DNA of 64,000 bases from Vicinamibacterales bacterium. GTDB lineage: Bacteria; Acidobacteriota; Vicinamibacteria; Vicinamibacterales; 2-12-FULL-66-21. Location of the stretch: NCBI GenBank assembly GCA_035495555.1, contig DATJFQ010000022.1, forward strand, positions 61,273-125,272, read 5' to 3'. The position numbers and the translations under genes were made by a program. Below the pieces are notes generated by a model. The model saw only the letters and a list, made by a program, of their open reading frames with translations. It did not search any database and was not told the origin of the DNA. Positions 53,585 to 60,902 of this stretch are shown piece by piece. The stretch's first letter is position 1. Every line of letters starts with the position of its first letter.

Positions 53585-53734
53585 GAGGACCTGCCTTAAA
53601 ATTCGGGGAGCGGCCAGTCTATGACTAAATGGCAAAGGCGGCAAGCTGAACCTCGCGTGCCGTGCATATGTGTGCGGGTCCCCGAGGGAGTTGTTCGCCG
53701 CGCTGGCCATCGCCGGCAGTCGTCCCACCTGCGG

Positions 53735-53740
53735 TATAAT
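53735..53740 (+). promoter_or_regulatory. consensus -10 hexamer TATAAT upstream of the ABC-F gene
   Basis: A perfect TATAAT in a GC-rich context, 45 nt upstream of ATG 53786. No convincing -35. Confidence 0.4.
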
Positions 53741-53785
53741 TAGAGGTTCCGCCAACTGATTTTCGCCGCGGAGAGCCTCCATCCC

Positions 53786-55384
53786 ATGATTGCAGTCACT
53801 GGTGTGTCGATGCGGTACGGTTCGAAGATCCTCTTCGAGGACGTCACCGCCACGTTTTCGCCCGGGCGTCGCTACGGTCTCACCGGCCCGAACGGCGCCG
53901 GGAAATCCACGTTCATGAAGCTCCTCACCGGCGAGCTGCCGCCGCAGAAAGGCGCGGTCTCACGGCCGCCGAAGATCGGCGTGCTCCGGCAGGATCAGTT
54001 CGCCTTCGACGAGTTCCGCGTGATCGATACCGTGATCATGGGCAACCAGCGCCTCTGGCAGGCCCTCGAAGAGCGCGAGCGCCTCTATGAGAAGACGGAT
54101 CTCACCGACGCCGAGGGCATGCGGCTCGCCGAACTGGAAGGCATCGTCGGCGAAGAGGACGGCTACACCGCCGAGAGCGACGCCGCGGTGCTGCTCGACG
54201 GCCTCGACATTCCGGAAGCGCTCCACGAGCGCCGGATGTCGGAACTGCAAGGCGGCCAGAAGGTCCGCGTGCTGCTCGCGCAGGCGCTCTTCGGACATCC
54301 GCAGGCGCTGCTGCTCGACGAGCCCACCAATCATTTGGACCTCGACTCGATCCACTGGCTGTGCGATTTTCTGACCCGGTATGAGGGCACGCTGATCGTC
54401 ATCTCGCACGATCGTCATTTCCTGAACGCGGTCTGCACGCACATCGCCGACATCGATTACGAGACGATCATCGCGTATACCGGCGGATACGACGACATGG
54501 TGCTCGCGAAGATGCAGATCCGCTCGCGCGTCGAATCGCAGAACGCGCAGCGCGAAAAGAAAATCGCGCAGCTCCAGGATTTCATCGCGCGGTTCTCCGC
54601 CGGGACGCGTTCGAGCCAGGTGCAGTCCCGCCGGAAGGAAGTCGAGCGGCTGCAGACGACCGAGCTCGCCCGCTCGAACATCCAGCGTCCGTATATCAAT
54701 TTCAAGATGAACCGGCCGTCGGGCCGCATGGCGATGGAGATCAAGGGCATCTCGAAATCGTTCGAAAACCACGACGTGATCGACGGCTTCGGCGCGATCG
54801 TCAACCGCGGGGAGAAGATCGTGATCGTCGGCCGCAACGGCGTCGGCAAGACGACGCTGCTGAAAGCGCTGCTCGCGGACGCGCCGGGGGCCGAAGGGTC
54901 ACCGCACGATCGGGACGACGGATCGGTCCGCTGGGGACATGAAGTCTCGGTCGGGTATTTCCCGCAGGATCAGACAGGCGTGATTCAGAAGGGCATGACC
55001 GCTGTCGAATGGCTGCATCAGTTCGACCCGGAAGCCGCGCGGCAGGACATCCACGGCCTGCTCGGGCAGATGCTCTTCAGCGGCGAGGAAGGACTCAAAC
55101 CGACCGAGGCGCTCTCGGGAGGCGAAACGGCGCGGCTGCTCTTCTGCCGCATCATGCTCCAGAAGCCGAACGTGCTCGTGTTCGACGAACCGACGAACCA
55201 TCTCGACCTGGAATCCATCAACGCGCTCAACGTGGCGCTCCAGAAGTTCGAAGGGACGGTGCTGCTCGTCACGCACGATCAGGATCTGATCGAGGAGGTC
55301 GGCACGCGCGTATGGCACTTCGACGGTGACGCGATCACCGACTTCAAGGGCACGTACGAGGAATACGCCGCCACGCTGGCCTGA
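53786..55384 (+). CDS. ybiT: ABC-F family ATPase (YbiT-like)
   Basis: Two ABC cassettes without TM domains. Strong similarity along its length to my recollection of E. coli YbiT (RQDQFAFDEFRVIDTVIMGN, LLLDEPTNHLDLDSI, ISHDRHFLN). Confidence 0.88.
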   Translation: MIAVTGVSMRYGSKILFEDVTATFSPGRRYGLTGPNGAGKSTFMKLLTGELPPQKGAVSRPPKIGVLRQDQFAFDEFRVIDTVIMGNQRLWQALEERERLYEKTDLTDAEGMRLAELEGIVGEEDGYTAESDAAVLLDGLDIPEALHERRMSELQGGQKVRVLLAQALFGHPQALLLDEPTNHLDLDSIHWLCDFLTRYEGTLIVISHDRHFLNAVCTHIADIDYETIIAYTGGYDDMVLAKMQIRSRVESQNAQREKKIAQLQDFIARFSAGTRSSQVQSRRKEVERLQTTELARSNIQRPYINFKMNRPSGRMAMEIKGISKSFENHDVIDGFGAIVNRGEKIVIVGRNGVGKTTLLKALLADAPGAEGSPHDRDDGSVRWGHEVSVGYFPQDQTGVIQKGMTAVEWLHQFDPEAARQDIHGLLGQMLFSGEEGLKPTEALSGGETARLLFCRIMLQKPNVLVFDEPTNHLDLESINALNVALQKFEGTVLLVTHDQDLIEEVGTRVWHFDGDAITDFKGTYEEYAATLA

Positions 55385-55395
55385 CCGACACGCGA

Positions 55396-56658
55396 GTGAG
55401 CGACAACGCACAGGCGGGCGCCGCCGGATCGTCATCGGCCGCCGGGCACAGCGAACGGCCGGCGGCTCGCCGGATGACTCGCGAGCAGGCGGCTCTCGGC
55501 ATTCTCGGGGCGCTCAGCATCTGTCATCTGTTGAACGACATGATGCAGTCGCTCCTGCCTGCGATCTACCCGATCCTGAAGACCACGTTCGGCCTCGACT
55601 TCGGCCAGGTCGGGCTCATCACGCTCACCAATCAGCTCACGGCGTCGCTGCTGCAGCCGATCATCGGCACCTACACGGACAAGCGCCCACTCGCCTATTC
55701 GCTGGCGACCGGCATGTCCTTCACCCTGATGGGACTGTTGCTGCTCGCCGGCGCCGCCCATTATGCGATGATTCTCGCGGCTGCGGCGCTCGTCGGGCTG
55801 GGGTCGTCGATCTTCCACCCCGAGTCGTCCCGCATCGCGCGCCTGGCGTCGGGCGGCCGCCACGGGTTCGCTCAAGCGCTCTTTCAGGTCGGCGGTAACG
55901 CCGGTTCGGCCGTCGGGCCGCTCCTTGCCGCGTTCATCGTGCTGCCGCACGGTCAGGGCAGCATCGCGTGGTTCTCGATCGCCGCGCTGATTGCCATCGT
56001 GGTGCTCGTCCGCGTGGGCACATGGTACAAGGGCACGGGACGGCGGATTGCCCGGCACCACGACGCGATCGCGACGCCGGTCGGGTTGACCCGCGCGCGC
56101 GTCGGCATGGCGATCACGATCCTGCTGCTGCTCACCTTCTCGAAGTACATTTATCTCGCGAGCCTGTCGAGCTACTTCACCTTCTACCTGATCGCGCGCT
56201 TCCACCTGTCCGTTCAGAGTGCCCAGCTCCACCTGTTCCTGTTTCTCGCGGCCGTCGCCGCGGGGACGATGATCGGCGGACCTGTAGGCGACCGCATCGG
56301 GCGCCGCTACGTCATCCTCTGGTCGATCCTCGGCGTTCTCCCGTTCAGCCTTGCTCTGCCGTTCGCGAACCTGTTCTGGACGCGCATTCTCAGCGTCATC
56401 ATCGGCCTCGTCCTCGCCTCCGCGTTCTCGGCCATCATCGTCTACGGACAGGAATTGCTGCCGGGGCGCGTCGGGATGGTCGCGGGGCTGTTCTTCGGCG
56501 TCGCCTTCGGCGTCGGCGGGCTCGGCGCGGCGGTCCTCGGCGAACTGGCGGATCACTCCGGGATCGTGTTCGTGTACCGCGTGTGCTCGTTGCTGCCCGC
56601 GATCGGCGCGCTGGCCATCTGGCTCCCGCGGCTCGAGGCGGCTGAACGCGCCGGCTGA
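55396..56658 (+). CDS. MFS transporter (Fsr/fosmidomycin-resistance-like)
   Basis: About 12 predicted TM helices and the LNDMMQSLLPAIYPIL motif typical of the FSR subfamily. GTG start. Confidence 0.85.
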   Translation: MSDNAQAGAAGSSSAAGHSERPAARRMTREQAALGILGALSICHLLNDMMQSLLPAIYPILKTTFGLDFGQVGLITLTNQLTASLLQPIIGTYTDKRPLAYSLATGMSFTLMGLLLLAGAAHYAMILAAAALVGLGSSIFHPESSRIARLASGGRHGFAQALFQVGGNAGSAVGPLLAAFIVLPHGQGSIAWFSIAALIAIVVLVRVGTWYKGTGRRIARHHDAIATPVGLTRARVGMAITILLLLTFSKYIYLASLSSYFTFYLIARFHLSVQSAQLHLFLFLAAVAAGTMIGGPVGDRIGRRYVILWSILGVLPFSLALPFANLFWTRILSVIIGLVLASAFSAIIVYGQELLPGRVGMVAGLFFGVAFGVGGLGAAVLGELADHSGIVFVYRVCSLLPAIGALAIWLPRLEAAERAG

Positions 56659-56705
56659 GCGGCAGCGGGAACGATCGCGGTTCCCGGTGCATCTAATCCC
56701 CTGAG

Positions 56706-57344
56706 ATGCCGAAGCCCGCCGCGCAACAGAAACCCTCGCTCAGCGATTTCGAGTCGCTGATGCGCCGGTACAACACCCGGCTCTTCCGTGTGGCGCGTGC
56801 GATTCTCCGCGACGACGCGGAGGCAGAGGACGCGGTGCAGGACGCCTACCTCCAGGCGTATCGCAAGCTCCACGAGTTCCGTGGCGACTCGCAGGTGTCG
56901 ACGTGGTTGACGCGGGTCGTCGTCAATGCTGCGCTGATGCGCGTGCGGAAACAGAAGCGCGGCGTCGTCGTGCAGCTGCAGAGGCCGGCGGCCCAGGGTT
57001 CGGAGACGCCGATGGATGTGGAGGATCGGCGCGCGGCATCGCCTTCCGAGGTGACGTTTCGCGCTGAAGTGCGGCGCATTCTCGAGCGCCGGATCGATGA
57101 ACTGCCGCTGGCGTTTCGCACGGTGTTCGTGATGCGCGACGTCCAGGACATGTCGGTGCAGGAGACCGCCGACGCGCTGGGAATCCCCGAAGCCACCGTG
57201 CGAACGCGCCTGTTCCGCGCGCGCGGGATGCTCCGCGAGGCCCTGCAGCGCGAGATCGACGACGCGTCGATCGACGTCTTCTCGTTCGCCGGCGACCGCT
57301 GCGATCGCATCGTCGCGTCGGTGGTTCGACAGATCAACGGCTAG
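56706..57344 (+). CDS. ECF sigma factor with short Cys-containing C-terminal extension
   Basis: Region 2 (AEDAVQDAYLQAYRKLHEFRGDSQVSTWLTRVVVNAALM), region 4 (LPLAFRTVFVMRDVQDMSVQETADALGIPEATVRTRLFRARGML), and a tail FSFAGDRCDRIVASV. Confidence 0.88.
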   Translation: MPKPAAQQKPSLSDFESLMRRYNTRLFRVARAILRDDAEAEDAVQDAYLQAYRKLHEFRGDSQVSTWLTRVVVNAALMRVRKQKRGVVVQLQRPAAQGSETPMDVEDRRAASPSEVTFRAEVRRILERRIDELPLAFRTVFVMRDVQDMSVQETADALGIPEATVRTRLFRARGMLREALQREIDDASIDVFSFAGDRCDRIVASVVRQING

Positions 57345-57418
57345 GCTGCCCCGTTTTGGGGGCGGCGGGGAACATCAACACGCAGGGCGCTCTGTAACGG
57401 GCGCCGGGAGGAACCAGG

Positions 57419-57937
57419 ATGAAGGGTGTAATCGTGTTTGCTGCAGGAATGACGCTGGCGCTCGCGGGCAGCGCTCGCGCGCAGGCGCCGACCGATCCGC
57501 AGATCGCCGCAATCGTCGTCACGGCCAATCAGGTCGATATCGATGCCGGCAAGCTGGCGGCGTCGAAATCGTCGAACCCTGAGGTCAAGAAGTTCGGCCA
57601 GCAGATGGTCACGGACCACACCGGTGTGAACAAGCAGGCGAAGGAGCTCGTGACGAAGCTGAAGGTCACGCCGGAAGACAATCCGACGGCGCAGAGCCTG
57701 AAGAAAGGCGGCGAGGAGAACCTCGCGCATCTCAAGACCCTCAGCGGAAAGGCGTTCGACAAGGCGTATATCGACCACGAGGTCGAATATCACCAGCAGG
57801 TGCTCGACGCGCTCGACAAGACGCTGATTCCAAGCGCACAGAACGCCGAGCTCAAGTCGCTGCTCGTGAAAGTCCGCCCGGCGTTCGAGGCGCATCTCGA
57901 GCACGCCAAGCACCTTCAGGCGTCGCTCGGTTCGTAG
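57419..57937 (+). CDS. DUF4142 domain-containing periplasmic protein
   Basis: Signal peptide. IAAIVVTANQVDIDAGKLA...FGQQMVTDHT...FDKAYIDHEVEYHQQVL pattern. GGGAGGA Shine-Dalgarno. Confidence 0.85.
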   Translation: MKGVIVFAAGMTLALAGSARAQAPTDPQIAAIVVTANQVDIDAGKLAASKSSNPEVKKFGQQMVTDHTGVNKQAKELVTKLKVTPEDNPTAQSLKKGGEENLAHLKTLSGKAFDKAYIDHEVEYHQQVLDALDKTLIPSAQNAELKSLLVKVRPAFEAHLEHAKHLQASLGS

Positions 57938-57962
57938 TCCCGCTTCGGACGTTCTCTCCGCG

Positions 57963-57999
57963 CGCCCTGGTTCTGCCCGCTGCCCGCGGCAGGCCAGGG
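57963..57999. terminator. stem-loop between convergent genes
   Basis: GCCCTGG tt CTGCC cgctgcccgc GGCAG g CCAGGGC, followed by TTCGTGG. The U-tract is weak. Confidence 0.45.
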
Positions 58000-58029
58000 C
58001 TTCGTGGCCAACAGCGAGTTGACACATTC

Positions 58030-58839
58030 TCATCTCTCCGTCGCCTGCTTCGCGACCTCCCGGATATCGGCAGCGGGGAGCATCACGGGCACCATACCGA
58101 GCGCCTGCAACATACCGCCCTGCATCCCGTTCAGCGCGTTGTGGCGCGAGTCCGAAGAGGGTCTCAAGGTGAGGACGCCGGCGAACTGCCCTTTCGTATT
58201 GAAAATCGACGCACCGAGCGCGCCAGACGTCATCGGCAGCGCGATGAGGTAAAAGCGGCGCGGCTTGTCGACGACGGCTTCGATGCTGCCGAGCGCAGTG
58301 GCGGTTCCCCACCCCGTCAACTCCTGCAGACGCTGGACAGCGACGATCGGGTCAACCACGTTGAACACGGGCGAGACCGAGTCGACGCACGTGAGCGGCC
58401 TGGCTGGCGGCGCAACCGGCCGAACGAACATGAGATCGAGGTCGCTGTCGCGCAGGACGATCTTCGCCGGCAGTTCAGTCGCGTCCGCGAGACGCAGCTT
58501 GACGTCGGTCAGCTCGGTTTCGATGCTCACCTTCGCGGCGGCAAACGCCGGATTCTTGCCGAGCAGCGTCCCCGGATCGATCGCCGAGAGCGCGACGACG
58601 GTGAGCCCCTGCGGATCGAGTACGGTCGCCGACGCCTGGACTGCCTGGTCCGGGGCGGGCTGATCGCGTCCGGCGCGGCTCATGCGGGCTTTGAGGGTGC
58701 CCATGACGGTAATCACCGCATCACCGTGACGACTGGCGACGTCGCGCGCCGCCTGCCGCTCCTCGACCGACTGGCCGGCCGCGGTGGTCGCGACTGCCAG
58801 CGCGGCGATCGCGGCCGCGGCGCATCTCGTCTTGATCAC
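58030..58839 (-). CDS. secreted trypsin-fold-like protein, possibly a non-catalytic HtrA paralogue
   Basis: Signal peptide. Layout resembles an S1C protease domain (…SGALGASIFNTKGQFAGVL…), but I cannot find the TNxHV histidine motif. Confidence 0.55.
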   Translation of the reverse strand: MIKTRCAAAAIAALAVATTAAGQSVEERQAARDVASRHGDAVITVMGTLKARMSRAGRDQPAPDQAVQASATVLDPQGLTVVALSAIDPGTLLGKNPAFAAAKVSIETELTDVKLRLADATELPAKIVLRDSDLDLMFVRPVAPPARPLTCVDSVSPVFNVVDPIVAVQRLQELTGWGTATALGSIEAVVDKPRRFYLIALPMTSGALGASIFNTKGQFAGVLTLRPSSDSRHNALNGMQGGMLQALGMVPVMLPAADIREVAKQATER

Positions 58840-58852
58840 GTCTCCTCCCGCA

Positions 58853-60871
58853 TCAGTGTGGCCATGCCGGCTCGATCTCGACGAACAGCGTGCGAACGCC
58901 CCGGCGAACGCGGAGCACGACCGCTTTTGCCCGCGCGTCGCGCGACGTCTTCAGCCGCGCCGCGACCGCGTCGACGGCGCGCATCGCCTGGCCGTCGATC
59001 TCGAGGATCACGTCGCCGGTCGCCAGCTGCGCCAGGGCGGCCCACCCGCCGGGCTCGACGGCATCGACGATCACCCCTTTGGGCGCATCCTTCAATCGCG
59101 GATCGTCGAGGTCGCGTTCAGACATCTCGCGGACCCGGAATCCGAAATCCGCGTCATCATACCGTCGCATCTCGCTCTCGCGAGGCCACGCGGTACGGAC
59201 CGGGACCGTGACGCTCTGCTCGGCGCCGTCTCTGACGATGGTGAGCGGAACGGAGGCGCCGGGGCGATATTGGCGCAGCATCGCGCTGAACGTCTCCTCG
59301 TCGCCGGGTTCGCTGGCGCGCACGGGCCGGCCCTCGACGGCGACAATGAGGTCGCCGACGTGCAGCGGCAGGGCCGAATCGATGACTCGCGTGACGCGAA
59401 CGCCGGTGCGCCCGCGCACGTGGAGGTGCTCCGCCAGCGCCGGGGTCAGCACCTGGAATCCGATCGCCAGCCACGCCTTGCGCGCCTCCAGCGGTGGGTC
59501 GTCTGTGTGCGGCGTGCGAAGGTCCACGATCGCCAGACGGTGCTCGGATCGACGGTCAACGGAAACCAGCACGCTCGCCGAGCCGTTCACGAGCGCTGCC
59601 GCTGTTCTCTTGCGCAGGTCTTCGGCGGATTGAACCGGGTTGTCGTCCATGGCGACGATGACGTCGTCTGGCGCGAGCGGCGGTTTTGCCTGCTGCGCGG
59701 CGCCCCCGGCGCGGACGCTGAGCAACCGCACGCCGTCCGATGATGTGCGGCCAAGATCCCGTGCGGACGTCGCCGTGAGGTTCGACGCCACCATCCCCCA
59801 CTCCGGCAATTCCACCGGCTCTCCGCGGGCCGCGGAGCGCTCACGCGGGGTAACGGTGATCTTGCGCAGCGAGCCATTGCGCAGCAGCTGGATCGTTGCT
59901 GGACGGCCCGGCGTGAGCGCTGCCATTGCCTGATTCACGAGCGGGACCTGCTCGTCGAACGCGACGTCGACGCGTGCGCCGCCGATCGCCGTAATGATGT
60001 CGCCGCTGGTGATGCCGGCTGCCGCTGCGGGAGAATCCTCCTCCACCGACGCGACCAGTGCGCCGTGCTCCGTCTGGGTCGTCAACCGCGGCTGCACGTC
60101 GAGACCAATCCAGCCGCGGGTCACGTGACCGCGATCGATCAGCTCCTTCACGACGCTCTTTACGAGGTCGCCCGGAATTGCGGCGCTCAGGCCGTAGCTC
60201 AATTCGTTGACGCCGACGATCCGCCCGTGCAGGTCGACGAGCGGCCCTCCCGAGTTGCCCGGGAAAATCGCGGCGTCGTGCGCAATCCAGCGCACGATGC
60301 TGCCCACGTCTTCCCCGTCGAGGCTGACACCGGACGTCATCGCGCGCGGCAGCACCATTTCGGTGTTGCTGACGATCCCGAGCGTCACCGATTGCGAGAT
60401 GGCCAGCGGGCTGCCGAGCGCGAGCACCGCCTCGCCTCTCGCGAGAGACGCCGAATTGCCGAACGCGGCAGCCGAAAAGGCGCGCGGCTTCTCGGGACGC
60501 AGTTTCAGCACCGTGATGTCCGACAAGGGATCGGTGCCGACGACGTCTGCCGGAATCTCTTCGTTCGTCGAGAGCGAACACCGGACGCGTCGCGCGTGCC
60601 CGGCCACATGGTGGTTGGTGACGACGTAGCCGTCAGCCGACACGATCGTTCCGCTGCCGAACACCTCGGTGCGCCACTCTTTGCCGGCATTGAACGCCGC
60701 CGTGACGACTTCGATGCGCACGACGCTCGGGTAAATCGCCGACAGCGCGGCATCGATCTGCTCGCGCGACGCCGATTGCGCAGACGCCGCTGAGGCCGTG
60801 AGGAGGACAACGGCGAAAGGGATGAGCCGGTGCACGGGCGCATCTTCTGCCGTTGGAGCCGTCGCGGTCAA
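58853..60871 (-). CDS. HtrA/DegP-family serine protease with four PDZ-like domains
   Basis: GYVVTNHHV, DITVLK and GNSGGPLVDLHGRIVGVN form the catalytic triad context. Four successive segments of about 90-100 aa each have the GD.I..I.G pattern. Confidence 0.88.
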   Translation of the reverse strand: MTATAPTAEDAPVHRLIPFAVVLLTASAASAQSASREQIDAALSAIYPSVVRIEVVTAAFNAGKEWRTEVFGSGTIVSADGYVVTNHHVAGHARRVRCSLSTNEEIPADVVGTDPLSDITVLKLRPEKPRAFSAAAFGNSASLARGEAVLALGSPLAISQSVTLGIVSNTEMVLPRAMTSGVSLDGEDVGSIVRWIAHDAAIFPGNSGGPLVDLHGRIVGVNELSYGLSAAIPGDLVKSVVKELIDRGHVTRGWIGLDVQPRLTTQTEHGALVASVEEDSPAAAAGITSGDIITAIGGARVDVAFDEQVPLVNQAMAALTPGRPATIQLLRNGSLRKITVTPRERSAARGEPVELPEWGMVASNLTATSARDLGRTSSDGVRLLSVRAGGAAQQAKPPLAPDDVIVAMDDNPVQSAEDLRKRTAAALVNGSASVLVSVDRRSEHRLAIVDLRTPHTDDPPLEARKAWLAIGFQVLTPALAEHLHVRGRTGVRVTRVIDSALPLHVGDLIVAVEGRPVRASEPGDEETFSAMLRQYRPGASVPLTIVRDGAEQSVTVPVRTAWPRESEMRRYDDADFGFRVREMSERDLDDPRLKDAPKGVIVDAVEPGGWAALAQLATGDVILEIDGQAMRAVDAVAARLKTSRDARAKAVVLRVRRGVRTLFVEIEPAWPH

Positions 60872-60902
60872 GCTCCCTTACGGCAGATCCTCGCCACGCC
60901 TG

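Noticed and set aside
53621-53743. 40-codon ORF (MTKWQRRQAEPRVPCICV...) with an upstream GGGGAG, in the ABC-F leader region.
   Set aside because: Its third-position GC is low compared with real genes here, it has no motif, and it runs through the TATAAT box. It is likely non-coding.
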